Origin: Candidatus Hadarchaeota archaeon
GTDB taxonomy: Archaea > CAYQAE01 > CAYVLA01
Assembly: GCA_964452145.1 (NCBI GenBank)
Contig: CAYVLA010000004.1
Coordinates: 39,980-103,979 of the forward strand
Direction of reading: 5' to 3'
DNA length: 64,000 nt
Below, piece by piece: positions 1-9,404 of this stretch. Position 1 is the stretch's first letter. Every line of letters begins with the position of its first letter. A program made the translations under genes and the position numbers. The notes under the pieces were generated by a model that saw nothing but the letters and a program-made list of their open reading frames with translations, ran no database searches and was not told the DNA's origin.

Positions 1-68
1 GAAGGCGGTCACAAGCGTCGAGACCAGAAGTGCTATCATGACGACTCCGGCAAGGCTTCTCGCGCCCT

Positions 69-1265
69 TCATTGCCGATCCGCCTCGCGTGGCGTACCCC
101 GGGTCACGGCTACCTCCCGGTAAAGCTTCCTACGGACCATCAGGGCCCATATGACGACCCCGGTGACGAGGGACGTTGCCGACACCGCCGACCATTCGAT
201 GACGTATACCCAGAGCAGGGCTTGGTCTCTCAGCTCGGTTGCCTTCGCGTTGATCCGGTCAAACATGGACGAAGCATCTCGGAGAACCTCGCTTGCCTCA
301 TCGTATCGCTGGTCGATGTAGAGGCCTTCAGCCATCTTCCGCATGGGGGTCGCTTCGGCCAGCATCAACTCCACAGGTCGGGTGTTGGCCCCGAACCTGT
401 CGATGAAGTCGATCATGCCGATGACGAACGCTCTCTGATCCCTGAAGGTCTCCAGCTGCTCCCTCACCCGGTGCACCAGCTCAAGGTCCTCCGGGATCTC
501 AACTCCCCCGGCCAGGTAGACATGGTTGATGAAGTAGTCCTTGTAGTACTTCCATTCGTAGTAGGGCTGGATGAATCGCTCGATTCCCATGGAGTTGGCA
601 AGCGCCATCCCCTCCCCATAGCGCCGGCTGAGTATCGCTGCTTCGCGGCCCTTCCTGTAGACCGCCCAGGCTATGGTCCCGGGTCTGGGTAGGTGGATGC
701 CCTGCTTGTCCGCGAATGCGATCTGCTCCAACATCGGCAGGTCGATGAACGGGCCATGGGTCACTATGTCGAGGTAGGCACACGGCAGATTCTGCTCTCC
801 CAGGACCATGTCGCAAGGATAGGCATCGTATAGCACGGTGTGGGTCCAGTCCTCGCAGGCGTTCCCGGTCCAGTCTGCTATCCCGTACCATCCCATCTCG
901 CTGAGCATCATGCCCGTTCCCTCCTCCTCGATGGACTGCCTCATCCATACGAAGTGATGGTTTTCGAATCCCCAGGGTACCAGGTCCGAGAGAATGAAGA
1001 CGTCGACTCGAGACACCCAGTCCTGGTAGTTCCTCGGCATGTAGATCCTCATGAAGCGATCCATATAGGCCGCGTGGGTGGCATCGCCGGCGGGGATGTT
1101 GACAGCTATGATTTTGGGGTCGGTCATCAGTATGTTCGGGGTGAACGACCAGCCCTCGCCGAACAGCAGGACGTTGAATCTGTTCGTCTCAGGGTCCACC
1201 TTGCTGTGGACAGGGAATACTCCAAGGAGCAATATGATCAAGGCCAGAAGGTCTGTGCGATCCAT
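69..1265 (-). CDS. Secreted, C-terminally membrane-anchored protein of an uncharacterised paralog family (possible GATase1-like domain)
   Basis: 398 aa. N-terminal signal peptide, C-terminal TM plus RRKLYREVAVTR tail; similar to 10608..11816 along its length. Confidence 0.8.
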   Translation of the reverse strand: MDRTDLLALIILLLGVFPVHSKVDPETNRFNVLLFGEGWSFTPNILMTDPKIIAVNIPAGDATHAAYMDRFMRIYMPRNYQDWVSRVDVFILSDLVPWGFENHHFVWMRQSIEEEGTGMMLSEMGWYGIADWTGNACEDWTHTVLYDAYPCDMVLGEQNLPCAYLDIVTHGPFIDLPMLEQIAFADKQGIHLPRPGTIAWAVYRKGREAAILSRRYGEGMALANSMGIERFIQPYYEWKYYKDYFINHVYLAGGVEIPEDLELVHRVREQLETFRDQRAFVIGMIDFIDRFGANTRPVELMLAEATPMRKMAEGLYIDQRYDEASEVLRDASSMFDRINAKATELRDQALLWVYVIEWSAVSATSLVTGVVIWALMVRRKLYREVAVTRGTPREADRQ

Positions 1266-1308
1266 CCCACCGCCCCTGGATTCCGGTGTCTGCAGTGCGC
1301 CGCTTTTG

Positions 1309-2310
1309 CTAATTAAGATTACCGAGCATGGGTTCAGTCTTCTGCTTCAGGAGGCCGAGTTGGCGAAGAACCTTCTTGGTCTCGGCCACGCACAGCCTCA
1401 GAGCATCCTCGGGCTCCCCCTCATTCCTCAGGCCGGCCGCACCTGCGTGGCCGCCGCCTTCCCCCCCTGTTCGAGATGCCACGGTCTGCATTATCTGGGC
1501 GAGATTGAACCCCTTACCAACGAGATCCATCCTGGCCCTTCCGCTGAGGGCTAATACCTTCTTCTTCCTGCCCGCTGCGAAGGCGATGTCGGCCCCCAGA
1601 TGGATGAGGCTCGATGCTACGTCTCCCTGGAAGCTGCTCACCTGGGTGGTGGCTATGATGTAGCCGCGGCTGGTCTTGATGGCCATCCTGGACGCGCCCT
1701 TCAGACATGCCATCTTCAGAGAGGGATCAAGTGGCGTCTTCAGAAATGTGAAGACCTCCCTGATCTCCACGCCACTTGAAGCACTGATGCGCGCTATTCG
1801 TTCCAGCGTCGATCTTACGGCGAGCTTCAGATCCGAGGTATCGGCCAAAATGCCGGAGAGGAGCTGCACCGCGACCCCCGGCTTTATCCCTGCTAGAATG
1901 CCCTTGGACATGAGGTACTCGGCGAACTCCAAGATCATCTCGGAGGTGGAGGCGTACTGGGTTGAGGTGAAGGCGAAGGCCGCCGCTGCAGCTTCCCCGC
2001 CCTGGTGGTGGTCTATCACGGCGAGCTCCCTGTCGTTCACCCCCGGTCGCGGCAGTGCGTCCACGAAGATGCCAAGGTCGAAGGATTCGGAGGGCTCGGA
2101 CCTGGCCACGCACTGCCCCGACCTTTCGATCAGCACCTTGCCTATCTTGCTCACCGTAGGGGCGATCACGATCGGTCTCTTTCCGATCTCCTCCAGGATG
2201 AGCTTGAGGGCAAGACAGGAACCCATCGCATCGGCATCGGCGTTCTCGTGGGTTCTTATCGCTATGGTGTCCGATCTGCTCACAAGCCTCAGAAGATCTT
2301 CGAAGTCCAT
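1309..2310 (-). CDS. DHH/DHHA1 family phosphoesterase (NrnA-like)
   Basis: Motifs THENADAD, IDHH, GILADT and GGGHAGAAG; usual position after prefoldin beta. Confidence 0.92.
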   Translation of the reverse strand: MDFEDLLRLVSRSDTIAIRTHENADADAMGSCLALKLILEEIGKRPIVIAPTVSKIGKVLIERSGQCVARSEPSESFDLGIFVDALPRPGVNDRELAVIDHHQGGEAAAAAFAFTSTQYASTSEMILEFAEYLMSKGILAGIKPGVAVQLLSGILADTSDLKLAVRSTLERIARISASSGVEIREVFTFLKTPLDPSLKMACLKGASRMAIKTSRGYIIATTQVSSFQGDVASSLIHLGADIAFAAGRKKKVLALSGRARMDLVGKGFNLAQIMQTVASRTGGEGGGHAGAAGLRNEGEPEDALRLCVAETKKVLRQLGLLKQKTEPMLGNLN

Positions 2311-2313
2311 CTA

Positions 2314-2682
2314 TCATCCGGCCGGGGCTGCCCGTTCCTGTCCTCCGGTCATGCTGCGCAGCTTGGTCTCCATCTCCTTCATACGGTTGACGATCTTGGT
2401 TTCCTGCCTCTGGTGAACCTTTATCCTTAGGTCGAGGGTCTCGATCCTCTCCGCAAGCTCCTTCTTGGCCTCGTCCCTGTCGACTCTCATCATCAGGTTG
2501 CCGACGCTCTTGTAGACGATGTCATCGGGCTGTAGCTTGTCCAGTTCCTCCGAGGCGGTCTTGGCCTCGCTCAGCTGGGTCTCCAGCCGTCGTTTCTGGA
2601 GGGCTATCTCCTGATACTGCTGTCTGATCTGTTGATACTGCCCAAGCTGATGCTTGAGCTGTTGGGGTAGCTCGCTTTCCAT
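2314..2682 (-). CDS. pfdB: Prefoldin subunit beta
   Basis: MESELPQQ start, coiled coils and VYKSVGNLM hairpin; operon context. Confidence 0.93.
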   Translation of the reverse strand: MESELPQQLKHQLGQYQQIRQQYQEIALQKRRLETQLSEAKTASEELDKLQPDDIVYKSVGNLMMRVDRDEAKKELAERIETLDLRIKVHQRQETKIVNRMKEMETKLRSMTGGQERAAPAG

Positions 2683-2684
2683 AT

Positions 2685-2930
2685 TCAACCTTCTCCCGCA
2701 ATCTCGGCCATCCTTCGGGCGAGTATGAACCACCTTAGGTAGGAATTCACGGCGGCCCTCATGCTCGTCAGATCATGGGAGGTGATCTCAAGGGCCACCC
2801 GGTTCCCCTCTCTGCTCAGGGCGACCCGGGTTCGTCCGGACGGCGCTGAGGCTTGCTCCGGCATTATCGCACCGAGTATGGACGATGCGGATCTGTCGTC
2901 TTTGAAGCGCATCTCCACGTGGCACCTCAA
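2685..2930 (-). CDS. pcc1: KEOPS complex subunit Pcc1
   Basis: 81 aa with D..SMRAAVNSYLRW motif; lies between rpoP and pfdB. Confidence 0.9.
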   Translation of the reverse strand: MRCHVEMRFKDDRSASSILGAIMPEQASAPSGRTRVALSREGNRVALEITSHDLTSMRAAVNSYLRWFILARRMAEIAGEG

Positions 2931-2934
2931 GATC

Positions 2935-3087
2935 CTACCTTGCCTTGATCCTCTTTGGTCTCTCGGGAGGCCTGATCTTGTAGAGAATCCTGTAGCCGCA
3001 GTAGTTGCACCTGACAGGCTCTCCCTCCTTGAGGCTGACCAGCCTTCCGCAGTTCCGGCACTTGTACCGGGGTTTCGGCTCTTCCAT
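2935..3087 (-). CDS. rpoP: DNA-directed RNA polymerase subunit P (Rpo12); absent from the ORF track
   Basis: Manual translation MEEPKPRYKCRNCGRLVSLKEGEPVRCNYCGYRILYKIRPPERPKRIKAR; zinc ribbon plus RILYK motif. Confidence 0.95.
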   Translation of the reverse strand: MEEPKPRYKCRNCGRLVSLKEGEPVRCNYCGYRILYKIRPPERPKRIKAR

Positions 3088-3091
3088 GGTT

Positions 3092-3340
3092 CTACCCACT
3101 TGCTTCAGCGCGGGCGCCCGTCAAAGTCGCCCCGGGAGAGTAGGCCCCGCCAGCGAAGATGCTTCCACACTTGGAGCATTTCCACATTCCCGTCCCGGCT
3201 CTCCTTAGAGCCATCCTGCCGCATTGGGGGCACTCGTAGGTCGCCCTGGACTTGTCATACACGGCGCGGGCCTGTTTCCGCAGCTTCCAGCCGTATCTGG
3301 CACCCAGTCGCCCCGACGATCCAACCTTCTTGGTCTTCAA
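3092..3340 (-). CDS. rpl37ae: Ribosomal protein L37Ae (eL43)
   Basis: KKVGSSGRLGARYG and CPQC..CSKC zinc finger; TTG start. Confidence 0.96.
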   Translation of the reverse strand: MKTKKVGSSGRLGARYGWKLRKQARAVYDKSRATYECPQCGRMALRRAGTGMWKCSKCGSIFAGGAYSPGATLTGARAEASG

Positions 3341-4146
3341 CTCTTCGCCTCCAAGTCCAGGCTCTTCCTGAGGTTCGCCACGGTCTTCTTGGCCAGCTCA
3401 AGGGCTGCCTGTATATGGTCCTTGGACCATGGCCCAACCCCGGTCTTCTGGATGGCTCTAATATGTTCTTCCTCATCCAGGCCAAAGACGATCTTGCTGT
3501 CCATGGCGATCTCCTCCTCGTGAGTCGTGTCCACTAGGAGGGAATCTCCGAACTTGGCGACCGAACATGCCACCGGCGTTCGGCTGATGGGCAGAGGCTC
3601 CGTCTCCTCGAGCGTGACCACCTCGCCGTCCTTGTACACCGTCTTCTTGGACTTGGTCGTTCGCAGGGCCAGCAGGGACGCCAGCGTGGCCCCATCGATG
3701 AGGTTTCCGCTGTCATCCAGTATGTGTATGTCGAGGAAGACGACCTTAACCGACTTCCGGGGCTCAAGGCAGAGCTTGCCCATGTCGATCATCTTGGATT
3801 CCCTGACGGAGCGATCAACCACCCTGGCGATCTCTATGTACTTCTCATTGGACAAGGGCGGTCCGGACTCTACCTCGGGGGCCGCCATGGGGACAAGTTC
3901 GGCCGAAGTTATCAATACGCCTTGGTCGGGGGAGTCGGGATAGGGTTCTCCGAATGAGGTCTTCACCGCCACAAGTATCTGAGTGTCTCCAAGCCGCAGG
4001 AGGCAGGAGCCCTCCGCCGTCGATATCACATCGGTCTCGTAGGTGATCGGTCGATACTCATCGAATGCTCTTCCGTCGGGCCTCTTGCCCTGGGCGACCA
4101 GGCCACGAATGCTCTCCCTCTTGACCTGTTCCAGCACTTCCGCCAT
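3337..4146 (-). CDS. rrp42: Exosome component Rrp42
   Basis: RNase PH fold: RPDGRAFDEYR, AEGS, DDSGNLID. Confidence 0.96.
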   Translation of the reverse strand: MAEVLEQVKRESIRGLVAQGKRPDGRAFDEYRPITYETDVISTAEGSCLLRLGDTQILVAVKTSFGEPYPDSPDQGVLITSAELVPMAAPEVESGPPLSNEKYIEIARVVDRSVRESKMIDMGKLCLEPRKSVKVVFLDIHILDDSGNLIDGATLASLLALRTTKSKKTVYKDGEVVTLEETEPLPISRTPVACSVAKFGDSLLVDTTHEEEIAMDSKIVFGLDEEEHIRAIQKTGVGPWSKDHIQAALELAKKTVANLRKSLDLEAKS

Positions 4147-4150
4147 GCGA

Positions 4151-4864
4151 TCACTGCCCCCTGTAACGATCCATCAACGCGGTCCTCTGCAGCTCATGAA
4201 GTCGGTCGACCACGCCCAGGGCGTAATCCAGCCCCTTGGAGAACTCCTCCTCAGTCATCTCCCCATCCATCTGCAGAAGGGTGATCAGCCTCTTGCGGGG
4301 CATCACAGCCAGCGGCATATCCGCATCGCCAAGGTTGTCCTCGTACTTGTCCAGATCAAGACAGACCTCTCCGTCGACCTTGCCCGCAGCTACTGCCACG
4401 ACCAGATCCCTCATGGGTATGCCAGCATCGGCCAGCGCCAGCGAAGCGGCATTGATCCCCGTGCATCTGGTCCCGGCATCGGCCTGCAGCACCTCTATGT
4501 TGAGGTCTATGCTGGATCTCGGGTAGAGGTTCAAGAAGAGCGCCGGCATTAGGGCCTCCTTGGTCACCTTGGATATCTCGGTCGATCTCCTATCGGGTCC
4601 GGGACGCTTTCGGTCCTCGACCGAAAAGGATGCCATGCTGTATCTCACCTGCAGTATCGCGGAGTCGGACTCCTGCAAGTGTCTGGGATGGGTCTCCCTG
4701 GGTCCGTAGACCGAAGCCATGACCTTGTTCTTGCCCCATTCCACATAGCTGGACCCATCGGCCCTCTTGAGGGGGCTCACCCTCATCTTAATGGGTCGAA
4801 GCTCGTCTGGGCCTCGTCCGTCGAGGCGCTTTCCGTCCACCATCAGCTTCTTCGGCTTCTCCAA
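4151..4864 (-). CDS. rrp41: Exosome exonuclease Rrp41
   Basis: [31 protein letters not shown] start after GGAGGAG. Confidence 0.97.
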   Translation of the reverse strand: MEKPKKLMVDGKRLDGRGPDELRPIKMRVSPLKRADGSSYVEWGKNKVMASVYGPRETHPRHLQESDSAILQVRYSMASFSVEDRKRPGPDRRSTEISKVTKEALMPALFLNLYPRSSIDLNIEVLQADAGTRCTGINAASLALADAGIPMRDLVVAVAAGKVDGEVCLDLDKYEDNLGDADMPLAVMPRKRLITLLQMDGEMTEEEFSKGLDYALGVVDRLHELQRTALMDRYRGQ

Positions 4865-5543
4865 TTCCTGTCTCCTCCATCAGAAGGGTCTTCACTCTAT
4901 TCGTGAGGCCTGAAGTATGGGCCTCGGCGTCTATCTTCTCCAGTATCCTTCGCAGCAGATCCTCCTTCTTGGGATCGCTGCAGCGTGCCCATACTATGCC
5001 GTTCTGACCCACCAGTATTTCTCGGCTTATGGCACGCTTCAGCATGGAGATCATGGATCCCTTTCTCCCGATCACGCGGGGCACCTTCGCCGGGCTCATG
5101 GTGAAGACCCTTCCACCCACAAGTTTCCTCAGCTCGGGCTCCTGCATGCTGAGCCTGATTTGCATGACCTCGTTCACGCTGATGACCTCTGCGTAGACCA
5201 GGTCTCCCGTTTTGAGTATGTCCTCGAGACTGCCTCCGATGACGTCGAAGTTGTAGGGCACCTCGGATACCCTGAGGATGCCGGGAGTGGGGCTACGAAC
5301 ATAGACCATCCATCCAAGGAACTGGACCTCGGTCACCAGACCCACTACCCTGTCCCCCGGCTTGGGGATGTAGGGCCCCTCGAGGGGGATCACCCTCGCT
5401 GAATTGCCTCGGAGGTCGACCAGACCTATCACGGAGGAGTATATCTCATCTCCATCCCGGAAGACGCCCTCCTCCAGCCTGTACCTGCCTTTGGCGATGA
5501 GGGTTCCTGGGATCACCAAGGTTCTGTTGTCCGATTCCGTCAT
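4788..5543 (-). CDS. rrp4: Exosome RNA-binding protein Rrp4
   Basis: S1 plus KH domains ([25 protein letters not shown]); 3' end overlaps rrp41 by 77 nt. Confidence 0.95.
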   Translation of the reverse strand: MTESDNRTLVIPGTLIAKGRYRLEEGVFRDGDEIYSSVIGLVDLRGNSARVIPLEGPYIPKPGDRVVGLVTEVQFLGWMVYVRSPTPGILRVSEVPYNFDVIGGSLEDILKTGDLVYAEVISVNEVMQIRLSMQEPELRKLVGGRVFTMSPAKVPRVIGRKGSMISMLKRAISREILVGQNGIVWARCSDPKKEDLLRRILEKIDAEAHTSGLTNRVKTLLMEETGIGEAEEADGGRKAPRRTRPRRASTH

Positions 5544-5552
5544 GCGATCCAC

Positions 5553-6254
5553 CTATTTCCTCTCGATAATCTTCGTTTCGGCTTCGCCGGAGGTCAACCT
5601 TCCCAGCATGGAGTAGAAATCCTGCTCGACTCCCACCGGGATTTCGATGATCCCGACCCAGGAACCATCTCGTTGCCACTCCTCCTTCCTCAGTTCCCCA
5701 AAGGCTTTGACATGCCCGTAAGCCTTACCCGTGTACTCTGGGGGAATCTTCACAGCGATTGCTCGAACTTCGAACCGGATGGGCAGGATTACCCTGAGAT
5801 CCTTCACGATCTCCTTCACCTGGTTCTCGACGCTATCGAAAGGATCAACCCTTATCCTGGCCTCGGTCATCGCCTTCTCGACCCGGAGCGGTGGATGGGG
5901 GATTCCGGTTCTGGGGTCAACCGCATTTCTGGAGATGAAAGAGACGATCCCTTTCCTTTTCTCCTCCACCAGGGCCCTCCTCTGGTCGGTCGTGAGCTGG
6001 ATCTCGCCATCCTTGATTATCCTCTTGGCGATCTGCTCCAAGTCCTCGGTGCCGAAGACCTCTTTGATCCTGTCCTCGGAGGCTCTGTCTCCCTTCTTGG
6101 CATCCTTGAAGACCCCTCTGACCGCTAGCAGATCCTCCAAGGCGACGTGCTCGCCTCTTCTGACCTTCGGCGTCAGGTAGGGATCGACGAGCAATTCGAA
6201 GTTGGAACCGTGCGACACGAGCCTGGCAACGACGGCATCGTCCACCTTCACCAC
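5553..6254 (-). CDS. sdo1: Ribosome maturation factor SBDS/Sdo1
   Basis: FELLVDP, FKDAKKG, GEIQLTTDQRR, PHPP; GTG start at 6254 after GGAGGG. Confidence 0.95.
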   Translation of the reverse strand: MVKVDDAVVARLVSHGSNFELLVDPYLTPKVRRGEHVALEDLLAVRGVFKDAKKGDRASEDRIKEVFGTEDLEQIAKRIIKDGEIQLTTDQRRALVEEKRKGIVSFISRNAVDPRTGIPHPPLRVEKAMTEARIRVDPFDSVENQVKEIVKDLRVILPIRFEVRAIAVKIPPEYTGKAYGHVKAFGELRKEEWQRDGSWVGIIEIPVGVEQDFYSMLGRLTSGEAETKIIERK

Positions 6255-6438
6255 AGCTTCAACCCTCCGTAGAAGGAATCTCTTCGCATAATCGTTGCGG
6301 GGCGGAGATGGGGCAGGGCCCGGTCTTTCGGGCCGGGGGCTAGATCGGTTCCCACACAATTCCAAGGCATGCATGCGCCGTTTGGCTGGGGATGCGGGGA
6401 TCTCCCGACGCCCTCGCACTGAAGTGGTGATGACAAAC

Positions 6439-6993
6439 CTACTCCTCGCTGTCGAGGCCCGATCCAAGAAAATCTAGGATAGTGAACCCAAAGGATCCGT
6501 CATCGCTCTCTAGGTCGATTCTGCCATCAGCGAAAACCTGTTTGAGCCTGAACTCTCTGCGACAGATCTTGACAGTGGATCCCGGGACGAGCGCCTTGAT
6601 TGCAGCCAGTCTCCCGATTCTCCCCGGATCTTCCTCTTCATGTCTTCTTTCCGCTCTTTCGAGCACGCTGGGCCTCGATTTTCTAATAAATTTATCCTCA
6701 CAAGCCCTAATGGTCCCCGATACGCCCAGCGTCCTGATGATCACGGGGCAGCCGTCTATCTCGGTCGTCAGGGCGAGCGATGCCCTGATTTCATGCAAGC
6801 CGGCGAGGTTGGTTCTCAGAACCCCTCTCTGGGTCTCGGCCGAAAATGAGACGAGCCATGGCGAGGAAAGCTGAAAGCATTTCTCGCCCGCGAACCTGAG
6901 ATGGTTTCTCACAATGCTGTTGCGCACGCTTCCCTCGTCGAACTTGCCCGCTCCGATGATCTCGAATGCCAGGTACCGCCTCTTGGTCCTCAT
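6439..6993 (-). CDS. pop5: RNase P protein Pop5/Rpp14 with C-terminal extension
   Basis: KRRYLAFEI and LGVSGTI motifs. Confidence 0.9.
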   Translation of the reverse strand: MRTKRRYLAFEIIGAGKFDEGSVRNSIVRNHLRFAGEKCFQLSSPWLVSFSAETQRGVLRTNLAGLHEIRASLALTTEIDGCPVIIRTLGVSGTIRACEDKFIRKSRPSVLERAERRHEEEDPGRIGRLAAIKALVPGSTVKICRREFRLKQVFADGRIDLESDDGSFGFTILDFLGSGLDSEE

Positions 6994-7610
6994 GTCAGTC
7001 CCCTGCGCTCCATTGCTTCTTGAACGACGCTCTCAGGTGCGGAGGTAACCCAGTCGATCGTCTCCTCAAACGCTATTCCCAGACAGGCGGAGAGAGTGTA
7101 CGCGATATCCCGCGGATCCCGCATGAGGTAGCTGTCATCCGCGGCCGAAACGACAAGCTCCCGGCATCCGAATCTCCTGCAGTCCCTGTGCATGGAGATC
7201 CATCTGCGGATCAATGCCGACCTTCTCGTCAGCCTCTCCTTCAACAGATCCGAAAATGCGTATGCGACCGGGACCTGATTCTCTGCGGCGAATCTGAGGG
7301 CCACAACATCATCGGTGTCCGGGATTATGTAGTCGGCGGTGCCCGAGCCGGCCGATCTCCTTGCCGCCCTGCCCCCCGCGATCCTGAGGTCAGCTTTCTT
7401 GGCGTTTTTGGAGCCATCGTCGGCGACGAACAGGGTCCTGATCCCGGGGACGGGGGCGGAGGCGCTGGGGTCCCAGAATCCGCGGGATCGGAAGATACCT
7501 AGAGTGGAATACCCAAGTTCAGCCGCGGTCCACTGGAGGCGTGCCGGTGTGTCGATCCCGCCTGCCCCGATGGGACAGGCCAAGAGATCGAGGTATTGAC
7601 TGGCCATCAC
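6990..7610 (-). CDS. rpp30: RNase P protein Rpp30
   Basis: AAELGY, AAENQV and SAADDSYLMRDPRD motifs; lies between rpl15e and pop5. Confidence 0.85.
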   Translation of the reverse strand: MMASQYLDLLACPIGAGGIDTPARLQWTAAELGYSTLGIFRSRGFWDPSASAPVPGIRTLFVADDGSKNAKKADLRIAGGRAARRSAGSGTADYIIPDTDDVVALRFAAENQVPVAYAFSDLLKERLTRRSALIRRWISMHRDCRRFGCRELVVSAADDSYLMRDPRDIAYTLSACLGIAFEETIDWVTSAPESVVQEAMERRGLT

Positions 7611-7636
7611 GGCTCATTCCGGTGCGATCCGGGAGG

Positions 7637-8194
7637 TCACCTAGCCTTCTCGTGACCCTTTCCCGTCCCTCTCAAACCCCGGCCCTTACGCCCGGCTGAG
7701 GTCAGTCCCCTGAAAGCACGGCGTCTATGGCTCTTGTCGCAGATCCAGTTGATATCGGGGTCAAGGCTGATTGCGGGGTGGTGGGTGTCTACAAGCAGAA
7801 CTTCGAAGTACTTACTTTGGCCATCGCTTCCGACCCAGTAGGAGTTGAGCACCTCTAGGTTGGGAAACCTCCTGTTGACCCTTTCCTCCGCGATCCTTTG
7901 CAGAGACTTCTTGGGGGCGAGATGATGGACCAACATGCGTCTGGGGCGTCTGCCTTTCTTGGGCCGGCTCTTCCTTCGCCCTCCCCTCCTCACCCGGGCT
8001 CTCGCAATGGTGAATCCGGGCTTAGCTTTGTACCCGAGCTTACGGGCGCGGTCGAGTCTCGTCGGCTTGTCAACCTTGACAATGGAGGGCTCCTTCCGCC
8101 ACCGAATCATTCTCTGCTTGAGGAGTTCGCCAACGTAGGAATCCTCGGGCCTATCCCAAGCCTTCTCAATGGCTTTGTACATCGTCGTCGTCAT
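7637..8194 (-). CDS. rpl15e: Ribosomal protein L15e (eL15)
   Basis: [35 protein letters not shown]. Confidence 0.98.
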   Translation of the reverse strand: MTTTMYKAIEKAWDRPEDSYVGELLKQRMIRWRKEPSIVKVDKPTRLDRARKLGYKAKPGFTIARARVRRGGRRKSRPKKGRRPRRMLVHHLAPKKSLQRIAEERVNRRFPNLEVLNSYWVGSDGQSKYFEVLLVDTHHPAISLDPDINWICDKSHRRRAFRGLTSAGRKGRGLRGTGKGHEKAR

Positions 8195-8242
8195 CGTGGC
8201 CCCTCCTGTCGTTCAGGTCGAAAGACCCACATCCTGGGGGCA
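8195..8242 (-). promoter_or_regulatory. Probable eL15 ribosomal leader (5' UTR RNA structure)
   Basis: Minus strand AGGATGTG-GGTC-TTTC-GACC-TGAAC just upstream of the rpl15e SD; as recalled, resembles the GATGTGG...CTGAAC eL15-Euryarchaeota leader. Confidence 0.65.
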
Positions 8243-8303
8243 GGATAGCATTAAGAAGAACTCGGCTTAAATATGGTTCATCAACAAGTACCGGTGATGT
8301 CCT

Positions 8304-9392
8304 TTGGCCGAGGATACCCTAGATGTCGCCCACAAGCTTCACGATTTTGGGGCAGGGATATGCGACAGGATCGAGAATCTCAAGCCGCCGAGCTTCCTCT
8401 ACCCCTCGAAGGGCTTGAGCAACGTGTACTACGAGGAGGAAAGCCGCCTCCTGAAGCAGGGGGGAAAGGCAAGCTCACGGATTTTCCTTAACCTGGCCCA
8501 CACGAGGAAGTTCATGCAGACCCTGATGATCGGCGCTCGGTGTAAGGACCTCATCCAGGAGTCCAAGACAGCAAGCATCAGGGAACTCTACTATCAGCTC
8601 AAGCACAGCCTGCCCGGCCCCAAGGAAGAGAACACGTTCGAGGATCAGACCGAGTCCGACGGCTGCGTGGAGGACCTCGAAAGGATGCTGGACGTCCTCC
8701 GGGAGCAGCTCCACCTCAATGCGGACAGAAGCGGGTACATCCACGGAAGGATCACCATCGAGGACTCCGGAGACATAATCGACTGTTCCAGGATGGGCAG
8801 CGGTGGCTATGCCATCCCGAGCAACATAGAGAGGCTGACGATCAAGCAGGTCGAGGCCGACTACGCTCTGGTCATAGAGACCAACGCCATGTGCGACCGA
8901 TTGAAGGAGGAGAAATACGACAAGAAGAACAACGCGCTGCTGATATCCACGGGGGGCCAGGCAAGCAGGGGGGCCCGCCGTCTGATCCACAGGCTGTCCA
9001 ACGAGTTCGACCTGCCCGTCTACGTCTTCACGGATGGCGATCCCTTCGGGTACTACATCTACAACGTTATCAAGTGCGGTTCGATAAATCTTGCATATCT
9101 CTCCGAGCGTCTGGGGAGCCCGGATAGCCATTTCGTGGGGATGCGGATGACGGACATCGACAGGTACGGCCTCGAGAAAGTCACGGAGAAGCTTGACCCG
9201 CAGGCCGAGAAAAGGGCGAAGGAGGAGCTCTCCTATCCATGGTTCAACACCAAGGAATGGCAGACCGAGCTTAACCTCATGCTCAAGAAGGGGGTCAGGA
9301 TCGAGCAACAGGCCCTGGCCTACAAGTCGTTGTCCTTCGTGGCGGACGAATACCTGCCCAAGAAGATAGCCGAAGAGGACTTTTTGCCGTGA
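8304..9392 (+). CDS. top6A: DNA topoisomerase VI subunit A
   Basis: Catalytic SIRELYY, TOPRIM motifs VIE and DGDPFG, and EQQAL; TTG start after GGTGA. Confidence 0.96.
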   Translation: MAEDTLDVAHKLHDFGAGICDRIENLKPPSFLYPSKGLSNVYYEEESRLLKQGGKASSRIFLNLAHTRKFMQTLMIGARCKDLIQESKTASIRELYYQLKHSLPGPKEENTFEDQTESDGCVEDLERMLDVLREQLHLNADRSGYIHGRITIEDSGDIIDCSRMGSGGYAIPSNIERLTIKQVEADYALVIETNAMCDRLKEEKYDKKNNALLISTGGQASRGARRLIHRLSNEFDLPVYVFTDGDPFGYYIYNVIKCGSINLAYLSERLGSPDSHFVGMRMTDIDRYGLEKVTEKLDPQAEKRAKEELSYPWFNTKEWQTELNLMLKKGVRIEQQALAYKSLSFVADEYLPKKIAEEDFLP

Positions 9393-9404
9393 GTGTTTGG
9401 GGCT

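Noticed and set aside
4788..4864. 77-nt rrp4/rrp41 overlap
   Set aside because: Probably stop-codon drift adding a low-complexity tail; no sign of function.
6255..6467. 71-aa N-terminal extension of SBDS in the ORF track
   Set aside because: The SD and homology point to the GTG start at 6254.
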